Below, one piece after another: positions 50,101 to 61,598 of a DNA stretch of 64,000 bases. The stretch covers positions 576,263 to 640,262 of the forward strand of contig NMRA01000231.1 of NCBI GenBank assembly GCA_002633005.1, given 5' to 3'. The position numbers and the translations under genes were made by a program. The stretch comes from Phoronis australis (Eukaryota > Animalia > Phoronida). Position 1 is the stretch's first letter. Every line of letters begins with the position of its first letter. A model generated the notes under the pieces. It had not been told where the DNA came from, did not search any database, and worked only from the letters and a program-made list of their open reading frames with translations.

Positions 50101-50596
50101 GAATTCCGAAAAAAGTAGAACATGAAACAATATTCCACTAGGAGACAGGAACTACGAAAATTTAGTGTCGGCAGTTCGTAGCTCTGAACATACTTAGTAA
50201 ACCTCGTTTGAGCGACCACTTAGGCCTAAGGGTAGCCTTGGCGCAAAGCTGTATAGGCCTACAAACAAGCTGTATTTTGATGCAAGTGTCTGAAAATACC
50301 TTTGAATATATACGGCATTTATGATTTGAACATTTTACTTCAGCAAAACAGCTTGCAACCGCATGCCTTTTCCGTTCGCCAGTGTCTTGTGTCGATCCGC
50401 ACCGGGTCCGATAGGCTGCGTTCCCGAGTCTTGCAAAATAATTTCTGTCAAAAATTATTCGCCACATTTCTTCAGCAAATTTGATAAAGTTGTCCGTATT
50501 TAGATTTTATACCACAATATTAGCGTCAAATGGCAGACACAACCGTGTAATAACCCATAAAGTTATCTCACTAGTGAGATAACGATTTAGCGGGAA

Positions 50597-50668
50597 ACCG
50601 AAGACAGAGTCGAACCCGGGACCTTCAAATTGCTGGTCGCCGACTTTACCACTACACCATGCAGCGAC
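50597..50668 (-). mobile_element. tRNA-derived SINE head
   Basis: Minus strand gtcgctgcaTGGTGTAGTGGtaaag...cccGGGTTCGACTCtg contains Pol III A and B boxes; acceptor stem not intact. Confidence 0.6.
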
Positions 50669-52104
50669 TGATGTCATCATGAGTGAAAATAGAATACTTA
50701 AATGAGCACGCGCAATAATCACATGTTCAACAAACCGCATTGTACTGTACTTATACGCTACAAAAAATAAGACAAATAATTTCCATAAAAATGATATCTT
50801 AGTTTTTCTCTCATGTCCTCTTACTTGTAAATCACCGATCTCCAGTTTGAATGCTGGTATCGTGTCGTCAGGATCTTTGACTTGAGAATTACATGTATAT
50901 TCAGTTACCAGTGGTAACCTACTTTAGCAGACGATAATTTCCCGGTCGAAGCTTGGCATGAAAAAAGCGTGTTTTAAAAGGGAACTGTATTTTATTCTGA
51001 ATGAATTCTGGATAGTTTTCTATGAATTGTTGATTAATTTCACAAATAATTCAACACCAAAAATTAAACTTATGTTCTCTAATGAAGCTCAAAAAATTAC
51101 CGGCTTGGAGCGCTGCTTAGTCTCGTGACGTATTTGGCGGGGGCAAAGTCACTGTCCTGTGTTAGCGTGCAATCAAGTAGCGTTTTTTGTATTGTCGGAA
51201 TAAGAAATTTTAGTGTGAAATTTCGGGTCACAAGGGATACCTGTTTGAGCCGAGGCAACACAAAGTGATACCTAGTCATCGTCATCGTCAGACGAAAATT
51301 TGCCGGTGTAACTGGTGTCAGTGACTGTGCCGAGGGCAATGTGGACTCTAGCCATCCAGTCAGCCAGTTGTCAGCCAATACTCCGGCAGCTCTGTAAACT
51401 TGAAGGGTTGGTAAGTTACCGACTGTACCTGTATGAAGACTATCGTACCACTGTGTGTTGAGCTCCGTTAACCCCGAAATTTCAGACAGCCGTTGACTAC
51501 CCGGGTATAGTTGACTCAGTTATGCTCGTCACCTCGTCGTAAAACTTAGGCTACATCAACATATAAAGCTAACGGACCGGCGGGGGCGCATGCAAAATCT
51601 GATATAGTCACCCGACACTTCCATTGTTCGTTGCAGCCGTTTAAGTGGAAAACAATCAAATAAACGTCCTTTGGTAGCATAATTTGCCGCCTTTTTAACA
51701 AAGAAGTGTGTTGTCCGTTTCAAGAACAGCACGCTCGTGACACGGCGCACGCGCCATTTCATAAAAATTTGAGACGTCTTTCGGGACATCATAACAGCTT
51801 CGCAGCACCAAGGTTGTTCTAAAATTCGGTTTGCTGGTGTAAAAATACTAAAAACTTGAAACAAAATGAAACAAGCTCCGATAATTTGTTATAACATGTA
51901 CGCAACCTAGGTACCGTCAGCGACGAACACATGATAAAAGAATCAGGGGGAAAAGAAACTGGTAAAGGTCAGGTGACGTAATCGCAAAAAGCCGACTCAA
52001 GAAAACACATCACAATTTTACTAGCACCAGCCGATGAACGATCGCTAACATTTCCAACACCGGTAAATACAGAAGTTAGTTTACTCTAGGAACCTGTTTC
52101 CTAG

Positions 52105-52617
52105 GTTTACTCAAGGATGACTTAGTTTTAATGACATTTATTTGAGTCAGATTTTATTTGTACATTTTTTACCCATATCGGCTTAAACCTGTAGGCCTAT
52201 ATCTAGTATACACTGAGCTTTGGGCCAAGGCTTGGGTAACCCGGCGATGGTATGCGATGACCATCCCTTTAGAAGACGCCTTTTTCGAAGAGTTTGAGCA
52301 ACCAGGTGCCATACAAAAAGGCATAGCGAACCTTTTACAGCACTGTGGCAAACAATAAAAAATAAGGACGATTGATACAATGATAAATTACGATGTAAAC
52401 TCTTCAAATATGACATAAGCAATGAATGTGCAAAGCAGCCGATACCCCGCCGTTCACGTCACTGACACATCAGCCAATCAGCGATCGCTTTCAGAATTCA
52501 GTGTTTTGACCATGAATACGAATTAGCTTTTGTTTGGCACGCAAGTCAGGCAAATGTGAGTTTTATTTGTATGTTAGAACCGATTAACTGCAACATTATT
52601 TTGACTACAGTCCCCTT
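52105..52617 (-). mobile_element. Kolobok-like 5' fragment with THAP start (family K5, copy 1)
   Basis: TTAA at 52618-52621; MPFCMAPGCSNSSKK THAP N-terminus; near-identical inverted copy at 53917-54417. Confidence 0.7.
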
Positions 52618-52848
52618 TTAAGCTTTAATAGTTGGTAAACCTTAATTTATAAATTAAATTTATTTCTATTATATATAAGTTTTCAATTGGTTTTGAGTAA
52701 AAGCATTATTTGACAAAAATAACCCGGCTTCTCTTAAAAGGTCACGACCTCCGACTCCGGGCCTCTGACATAGAAAGTAGTTACAAAGCCGTGGAGAGTC
52801 AGAAAAGGTAAATCGATTCATTGCAATGTTTCTCGTTTAGTATGTGGT

Positions 52849-53020
52849 ATAAATAGATTATTACATGTTCTCAGCTGTTATCCCCCTTATCTAGAGCCCT
52901 CGTGGATTTTGGAGAATTATCACCCTCGGGGCTAACGCCCCTCAGGCGATAACTTTCCAAAAACCACTCGGGCTCTAGATAACGGGGGATAACGACTTCG
53001 CCATGTAATAATCTATATTT
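52849..53020. mobile_element. Palindromic (Crypton-like) MITE
   Basis: atagattattacatg...ttatcccc.ttatctagagccc / gggctctagataac.ggggataac...catgtaataatctat around a central gggctaacgccc loop. Confidence 0.7.
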
Positions 53021-53916
53021 ATTAAAATTAAGGCGTGCTGTTTATTATTTCATCCCCGTCTATAGGCTGGTAACAAGCACTCGTCCATTCACACTGACGG
53101 CGTTTTCTTAGCCTGGGTTCCTGAGTGAATTGTACTTCCGGGTTCGCGGCAAGTTCAAAATGGCGGTGGTTCTTCGGGTGCGAATCGTGAGTGGCGCGTT
53201 CATTTAAACTTTTTTCGAGTACGGATTGTGTAATAGTTACGGGGTAGGTACTTCTTGGATCCTTATAACATCCTCTAACCATGTAATAAGGGTTAACAAC
53301 GCGTGCGACCAGGTCTTTAATGGCTAGTAAACCGCAAGCATTACTCTCCGCCTTTTGAGTTTTGTAACAAAGAAAGTCTGTCGTCGTTTTGAAAACAGTG
53401 CGCTCGTGACACGTGCACGCGCCGAACTAAAATTTTGTGACTTCTTTTGGGGCATGATGACAGTTTCGCAGCAGTAAAGTTTGCTCTAAATTCGGTTTCC
53501 TGGTCTTAAAAATACTAAGAACTTGTAGTGACAATTTTTGTGACAGTACGCAACCTCGTGGCACAAAAGAACAGTTGACAGAAGCATAAACCGGGGGATA
53601 AGAAACTGTTCAGGCCAGGCGACGTAATCGCCAAACACCGAATGTACAGAATGTCCAAGAAATGGCACTCAGCTGTTACGCAGTGTGGCTCCCCAGGAAT
53701 TGCGTGGCCACGATGATGTCATATGAACCACTTTACGCTGATTGGTTTGAGAATTTTTCTGGGGCGCTCAAGGGGGCTACGAGTTATGAGCGGCGTAATT
53801 TGCGTCGCAATAAATTATTTCCGTGGTATGTACGAAGCAAAAACAATATTTCTTATGAACAATACATACATGTCAGGTGTCAAAAATGTGTTTTAGTCGC
53901 TGGATGTTGTCTTTAA

Positions 53917-54417
53917 ACGGGGACTATAGTCAAAATAATGTTTCAGTTAATCGGTTCTAGCATACAAATGAAACTCATATTTGCCTGACTTGCGTGCCAA
54001 ACAAAAGCCGATTCGTATTCATGGTTAAAACACTGAATTCTGAAAGCGATCGCTGATTGGCCGATGTGTCAGTGACATGAATGGCGGGGTATACGCTGCT
54101 TTACACATTCATTGCTTATGTCATATTTTGAAGAGTTTACATCGTAATTTATCATTGATCAATCGTCCTTATTTTTTATTGTTTGCCAGAGTGCTTTAAA
54201 AGGTCCGCTATGCCTTTTTGTATGGCGCCTGCTTGCTCAAACTCTTCGAAAAAGGTGTCTAGGGATGGTCATCGCATACCATCGTCGGGTTACCCAAGCC
54301 TTGGCCCAAAGCTATACTAAGGGAGGCCTACAGGTTTTCAAGAGCTGATATGGGTAAAAAATGGACAAATTAAGTCTGACTTATTGTCATTAAAACTAAT
54401 CTCATCCTTGAGTAAAC
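53917..54417 (+). mobile_element. Kolobok-like 5' fragment with THAP start (family K5, copy 2)
   Basis: TTAA at 53913-53916; ATG at 54210, MPFCMAPACSNSSKK. Confidence 0.7.
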
Positions 54418-54764
54418 ATTGACTTAAGTTCATTTTGACTTAAGTTTAAGACTTTTCTTAAGTTTTTGACTTAAGACAAATCCTAAGATTATTTTGCGTT
54501 CCAAGAAACAATCTTAGCTAAGACTGACTTAAGTTTTTGTCTTAACTTTAAGTCAACTCTCACCTTGTCTTAACTCGACCTTAAGTTTGTCAAAATGGCC
54601 GTATTCCACATTCGTCAGCGAAGAAATGAAAACCTAGGCAGAGTTTATCGAGAGCAGATTATTTTGCGTTCCAAGAAACAATCTTAGCTAAGACTGACTT
54701 AAGTTTTTGTCTTAACTTTAAGTCAACTCTCATCTTGTCTTAACTCGATCTTAAGTTTGTCAAA

Positions 54765-57612
54765 ATGGCCGTATTCCACATTCGTCAGCGAAGAAATGAA
54801 AACCTAGGCAGAGTTTATCGAGAGCGTCTTCAATACGACTCGTATGTTGACGGATGAACAAGGATGCAGTTGACTTGTTATGCTCTTTTTTAAAAGACGA
54901 CCTCGAGCCAGAAACTCGCAGAGGATATTCACTTACAACTGAGCAGCAAGTCTCAGTTGCGTTGCGGTTCTACGCCACTGGAAACTTTCAAACGGTCGTA
55001 GGTGATAGCCAAGGGATGACTAAGTCGACCGTTTCAAGAACGATCACAAAAGTAACAAATGCCATGATCAACAATTCACCCGACTTGTCGCTCCCCAACT
55101 TGATCGACAACATCGATCTGTACCAGCGGCAATTCCATCAAGTCGCTGGCTTTCCCCGTGTTGTGGGATGTGTAGATGGGTCACTAGTAGCGATTAGAGC
55201 ACCACAGCATGATGAGCAAACATTGGTTTGCAGAAAAGGCTTCCATGCCATAAACGTTCAAGTGGTTGCAGACCCCTTTTTAAGGTACAGTAAGTATCCC
55301 AAGTTAATGTCCTTGCTAGAACAACGGAGTCGTCTTAAATAACAGTGTAGGCTACTACTCGACACTATATGAACCGTTCAGTCCACAGCGTAATGTTTGA
55401 TTGACCTCACTCGCGACCAAGCAGTCTCTGTTATTGTCTTTGGATACAATGTATTACTGACTTCTGTCGCACGCGCTGTCACACCACGGTGTATTAAAGA
55501 GGTACTATTTGATATTTCTTGGATGAAAAATTTAAAGGCGCGCTATCCCAAATTCTTTAGTTGAGAAAATGTGGCCACTGTGAATGCATACATGAAGTTC
55601 CTCGTGATAACATGTAACATGCAAAGCCTGCTTTTCTGAAGTCCAAAAACTACATACTAATTTAAAAAGGGGTATACGCCGCAAATACATAACTTGTATT
55701 TTGGCATGGAATGTGGGATGAATTGCACTTTAAATGAAAATGTCTCGAATGACATTGCATTTTCAATTTCAATTGTGAAAGTTGATACTTCGATGCAAGA
55801 CTTCACATTTTAAAAATTTTTGACACAAAAGTGTGTGTAGTCCACTTAATGACATCTTATTTACAACTGACAGTGGGAAATATGTGTGTGATTTTTTTGA
55901 CATGAATTTTTCAGATTTACAGACATAGTGGCAAAATGGCCAGGCTCCACACATGATTCGTTCATGTGGGCAAACTGAAGCACGGCAGAAGTTTGAAGTG
56001 TATAGTCACGGCTAAATACCAACATAGTGACGAGGCTCGTGGTCTATGAATTCTGCGCACAATGATTTTTTAGGACTGTAGGATCTTATTGATGAATTGA
56101 AGACGTGACTGTAGAGTTTTAGAACTGTAGGTAAGGCATTTTTCACATGAACACGCGTGGGCTGGGTGCTTATTTTGGCGAAGTCTGGAAACGCGTGAAG
56201 GGGGCTCTCATAGGGCGAATTTGGTATATACACCGGTGACCTAAAGTCGTGAATATAAGCATAATAAGTGCCGATGGTCATACTACCCAATGTCCGTTAG
56301 CAACTGCTCATGTGATGTCATGGACATATGTCAGCCTTAACAAATATACGTGTTTTGACAATCTTAATCCTTGTTTGTCTCCGTAAGCAGAGTTTTGAAA
56401 CGGTCGCTGATATCGGNGATATAAATATTTATTAATGTACAAGTAATGCAGACATTTCTCCAATAGATTTCATCCTAATGGCAGATATTCAACATTGAAG
56501 CAAGAGTAGTGGAACCCTGGGTGCAGAAAAATGTGAAACATTTTGGATAAAAAACGGAATCAGTGGAATTTGACATTTTAAAATGGAAACATTTATACTA
56601 GGAGTCGTAGCATGTGCATACCCAGCCTAAAAATAGGGGGCTTGAATTTATTTTGTGTTCTTTTCTATTTTTTCGGAGATTTTGTTTCTGTGAGGCAAAC
56701 CTTTTTACTCACTTTGTCAAAGGGGGGAGGGGTCATTAAAGCCCCCGAGCACACCCCTTGGTGAGCGCATGTGTAGTGTTGAAATTCGTGTGTAGACATG
56801 TTGAGAACATACAGATTACAGTACATCACCACCTGTGATTTTGGCTAGATTTTTCTAGTTGCAAGTCAGCTAATGAACTTTACCCATTCATAGAGTGATC
56901 ACTTTCACTAAAGAAGTGAAACAGAATGTGGATAAACCTGTCGGGTTGACTTGATGGCACCGACAGTGGATGAAGAAATGATTTTTGTTAATATTTAAAC
57001 ATGCACAACATTAAGAACTGGAATGTGGGATGAATTGCACTTTAAATGAAAATGTCTCGAATGACATTGCATTTTCAATTTCAATTGTGAAAGTTGATAC
57101 TTCGATGCAAGACTTCACATTTTTAAAATTTTTGACACAAAAGTGTTTGTAGTCCACTTAATGACATCTTATTTACAACTGACAGTGGCAAATATGTGTG
57201 TGATTTTTTTGACATGAATTTTTTAGATTTACAGACATAGTGGCAAAATGGCCAGACTCCACACATGTGGGCAAATTGTGGCCTTGAAGAAAAATTCTCG
57301 AGAGGCATAATCAGAGATGCCTGGTTACTCGGAGACTCTGGATACCCTCTGAAGCCCTACCTAATGACACCTCTAGGTATGACTAAGGTCAGATTTCAAA
57401 CCAGACCATTGTTAATATACGTAGTAAACAATTTTATATTCCAACAAGCTAGCTGAGCAAGAGCAAGTCGTTTAACAATATAATGTGTAACATTAATTTC
57501 TTTCACTCGCAGGAGACCCGCAGACAAGAAATGAAATTAATTACAATAACAGCCATACAAAGACAAGGCAAGTTGTGGAGTGGGCACTAGGTGTTGCAAA
57601 ATCGCGATTCAG
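54765..57612 (+). pseudogene. Intron-containing Harbinger (HARBI1-like DDE_Tnp_4) transposase
   Basis: Exon A about 54765-55284 (ALRFYATGNFQ, GFPRVVGCVDGSLV, RKGFHAINVQVV; frameshift near the start); exon B 55915-/57227-57376 (AKWPGSTHDSF, WLLGDSGYPLKPYLMTP); exon C 57513-57612 (YNNSHTKTRQVVEWALGVAKSRF). All GT-AG. Confidence 0.9.
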
Positions 57613-57972
57613 GTATATTAATTTTTTCAATGCATATCCACTTAGAAGATGGCATAGTCAACTTTCATGAAACAATTTCAATAGTTCAAACTGACTAACT
57701 AAATATTAGATGAAAAATGCACATTATATACAAAGCTCAACTTTCAATATGAAAATTAAAGAATGAACTGTTTTCTGTTGATGGTTGCACAAGCGCAGTG
57801 TCAGTCTTATTGATATTGCGAGACACATCACATTTCATTTAAAAAGACACCTTGAAGTAACAGACAAAATGTTTAGAATATTAATTAAATTAAAATCTGG
57901 CAACATTCAGGTGTTCGGTGTAAACACAGAATAAACACAAGGTGATCATATATATTAACAAACAGTTCTATN

Positions 57973-58160
57973 ATTGTACTTCCGGGTTCGCGGCAAGTTC
58001 AAAATGGCGGTGTTTCTTTGGGTGCGAATCGTGAGTGGCGCGTTCATTTAAACTGTTTTCGAGTACGGATCGTGTATTAGTTATGGGGTAGGTACTTCTT
58101 GGATCCTTATAACATCTTCTAACCATGTATTAAGGGTTAACAACGCGTGAGACGAGGACT
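57973..58160 (-). mobile_element. Family K3 terminal fragment (copy C)
   Basis: Matches 53128-53316; ends tgagacgaggact + TTAA (58161-58164); begins at an N. Confidence 0.8.
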
Positions 58161-58492
58161 TTAAATCAGTTGCTTTTTCTATTTACAGATAAGGTCGTTG
58201 TAACAGTTGCTATCTATTTACAAATTAAGACTTTCAAAATACTGAAAGTTCTATTACATTTTTGCTTAAGATGCACAATGCGTTATTTTCACTAGTTTGT
58301 AACTCATCAATCGAAAGGTGCCGCAAAACTACAGAAGACCATTCAATAAATTTAGTTAGCATTAAATTCGATATGTCGTTATTTGTGGAATGTTTCACAT
58401 TGAAATATGTTCTTCAAATTTTGAACAAAAATGAAATGGAAAGAGTAGCTACTAATGACAAGGTCTCTTTACTATGAACATCCAAAAGGCAC

Positions 58493-58711
58493 GAGCACCT
58501 TTCTGTGCATTGAAATGTGCTTATTCAACATACGCTTGCTTAGTCAAGGCAGTAGTGTTTGTTATTAGATGCACATAATTGCTTCTTAAACAGTTACCTT
58601 TGACTGAATGACCATTTCTGCAAATTGAATCTTCAGTGCACAATAATAATTCTACGCGTTCAGTAACTCTGTGTGTTCAATAAGCACATTTCAATGCATA
58701 GAAATGTACTC
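58493..58711. repeat. About 40-bp inverted repeat with 140-bp spacer
   Basis: ttctgtgcattgaaatgtgcttattcaaca vs tgttcaataagcacatttcaatgcatagaa. Confidence 0.7.
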
Positions 58712-58739
58712 ATTTACAACTTCTTAGGCACGACAAAAT

Positions 58740-59290
58740 TTACATATTGGACATGTTTTTTAGTGTCTTTCTCAAGCCCTTCTCATATTTAGGATTCTTT
58801 GACTCAGTTTTCTGATAGCACTCAAGAATTTTTTTCTGGAAAGAAAATTCCCTGATGGTGATGAACAGTATCAAAAACATTGACATAACATCTAACTTAT
58901 CTCCTTGAGTAAACCCAACAGTGGCGTTCTCCCACTTAGACAGTAAAGTTTCATTTCGTAGTGCACTTCACAACACCCCATCCCTCAGATCACCACCATG
59001 GTAACAGTCCACAGACTCGCTACTGAATAAAAAATTTCACCACAAATTCAAGCTCAACAGTGAACTCTACTAGAGCCTTGGATGGGCGCACTAACCCCCC
59101 ACGGTCACTGATTGATACCCAGTCCTTTGTGCCAAGAACCTTGTCTTTGTTACACAGAGTTTGTAATAGTTGAACTATTTTATGTTCCTTTTTACAATTA
59201 CCAACTTTTGTCAGTAAACGAGCACACATTGCACCACAAATGTACTCCAATGCTTCTTTCTGTGTAGAGCTCACTTCAGCATCAACACTA
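58740..59290 (-). pseudogene. P-element/THAP9-like transposase C-terminal domain relic
   Basis: EALEYICG...WVSISDRGGLVRPS...ELE, then after frameshift LFITIREFSFQKKILECYQK...KGLRKTLK*. Parallels the P transposase C-terminus (EYIAGY, GGLxxPS, FxIR). Confidence 0.6.
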
Positions 59291-60654
59291 GAGCTGTGCT
59301 TTTTTAGTTTTCCTTTAGATTGTCTTTCAGGACAATGTTGAATAGTCTCCTCACATACGATCCCAAAGCTCGACGCACCATCATTGGGTCATTGATATAA
59401 GTTGCTTCCGCGCAACTGGAACTGAATATGTACCCCTAATTCCCCATTACTGTTCATGTTGGACATTCTCCCTTCGTAAACATTTTTTCACAACTTAGAA
59501 TTCTCTTTATTCAATGTAGGAGTGCCGTTTCACCATTGACTTTTTATTTCATTGATTGCCAACTCTGTCTATTCGGCTCAGTGGATAAATTTTGTGATCT
59601 TTAGTTACCAATATTCACTAGCAGCACCTCGTGTGATGGCAAATTTTACTTTATTTAAGTACGCCGTCTGTTGTCTGAGGTGTGTTCAATTGCACATTGG
59701 AGTAGTGTCGCCTCCTTAAGAAAAGCACGTAAAGCAGTGTTAAAGTAATTGGCAACCTATGTACTTGAAGTCAATGCATGCACAACGAAATGACCATGGT
59801 AACTGTGGAGGCATGTGTGGTTGATGTATTACTAACTATTGAACATTAATATGCTAGTATTGGCCAGTGTATAATTGCATATATGTTTGTTAATTATTTT
59901 CAGGCATTGGAAAACAGTCACCATCACTTACCCAGATGGACTTATCCTTAAATGTATGTAAATTCGATATGATCATTGCGGAGAGGGTGAGAGCAGGAGG
60001 TTTGTTATTACGTTTAATCAAATGCCTTTTTCCTGTAGCTTGTCATTTCAAATGTAATGAATGATTATTATATTAATCTGGAAATTTTTTCCAACAGTTT
60101 CATTGTCGGAAGGCACTGTTCTAAAATGTCATTTTGTTTTGTTTTAAAAAGCATAACTTGCGATCTTAAATGCAGGTGTCAGACAAACTTTTGCTTTTTG
60201 ATAGCAGTCATTAGTGTTCCAAATTTGTTGCCAAGTCCGTGATTGGCTTGTAGTTTAGAACTGACCTGTATGTTATCGGGTGTGTTTTGAAGCTAATATG
60301 TCGTAAAAGTTTACGGACTGTATGCACAGAACGTTAGGACAGAATTGAAACTACATTCCCCTTCAGTGATTAGTTTACACAAATACTTGGGTTTACTTTC
60401 AGTTATTTTGTACTTGATGTCTCTTTGCAGATACAGAGTTGATTAAAATGATTAGAAAAAATGCTGAGGAAAGTGGTTACCAAGAGTGTGAATATAGGTA
60501 ATACAACGTACGTGTTTGTACCAGTGGTTATTATATCTAGATTGATGGTTTCTGGCTCACCGGAAGACCTGGGGTTGTTAGTAAACTAGTATTTCATTTG
60601 AATATTCACAATTTAATGAGACATCGTTGATGTAGTACTTCTGCTTACTTTCAG

Positions 60655-61190
60655 AATCTGAAGGTGTAAGTAAGTGGACTCCAGACAATGTTAAGATGTT
60701 ACTGGAGTGTTATCGTAATCGAAAGCATGTAAGGAATGTATACCCTAAGAGAAAAGATTTCTGGACATCCATTTCAGAAGACATGAAAGCAAAAGGGGTC
60801 CAAATGTCATGGGAATTCTGTCTTAAAAAGTTTGACAACATGAATTTCTGGTGGGTAAAATGTTTCAACTTTGATTCATATATTTGTCGTCCATTTCCTG
60901 ACATGACTTTCCTGAAATGAGCTACTTTGTCATGGTCTCTTGTTGGCTCATGTCTGAAATGAGTCATTTTGTGTAACTGACTACATATATCTTATTAATT
61001 TCTGAGTCTCGGTAATATATCCAATTTAATGTGGTCTATCTTTCTAATGCGGTTGCGATTGATATGCTTTAGGTATAAGACAGTGAATGACTGTCAGCCA
61101 AAAATTGGTCAGGGGTGGCGCACTTGGGAGCACTTCGACATAATGGATGAGATTCTAGGTGGAGATCCTACTGTGACTCCTAGTGTAACA
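60655..61190 (+). pseudogene. Spliced Myb/SANT-like (trihelix) DNA-binding gene of Harbinger accessory type
   Basis: Exon 60655-60850 (KWTPDNVKMLLECY...FWTSISEDM...CLKKFDNM) splices in frame to exon 61073- (YKTVND...TWEHFDIMDEILGGDPTVTP). Possible upstream exon at 60431-60497 and C-terminus at about 63900-63995 (AVKERNDILRNF). Confidence 0.78.
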
Positions 61191-61598
61191 ATAACAATAT
61201 GATCAAAGAAATGGATTTCTGGTATGTAGTGAGACATGGTTTCAATGTTTTATCCAATCACTTGTTAATGTTGGGTTCTCTTCATTGCTCTTTTTGTGGT
61301 GTTTTGCCTGCAGTTAATACTCACTCGATCATGCCAAGGGCAGATATTTCTTTGCTAATGTATTTGTTTTGGCATTGTTGCCTGAGTTGAAAACTAACAC
61401 CAACTGACACCATGGTCCAATTACTATAATCATTGTTGCTGAAGTAGAGTTCATTTGAAGGAAGAAAGAGCTTTGTTGATCACAGGTATTCAATGGTCTC
61501 ATTTTGTCCTGTCCCCCACCTAGATTAGAAATGGTTGGTTGGCTTAAAGGTGAACTAATAATTATTCCTCACGAAAAGGTAAATGTAACCATTATTAT

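Larger units (their letters stand above)
48551..53316 (-). mobile_element. Kolobok-type family K3 copy B (inverted), carrying about 2.5 kb of nested insertions at 50510-53017
   Basis: TTAA at 48547-48550 and 53317-53320; TIR agacctggtttca / tgcgaccaggtct; 48551-50510 plus 53018-53316 are collinear in reverse with 22112-24656; the flanks rejoin into one family-R copy. Confidence 0.85.

Noticed and set aside
22409-50510. One giant 28-kb element with 2-kb TIRs
   Set aside because: Each arm has its own TIRs and TTAA duplications, so they are two separate K3 insertions.
50597-50668. Functional tRNA gene
   Set aside because: A and B boxes are present but the acceptor and anticodon stems do not pair; treated as a SINE head.
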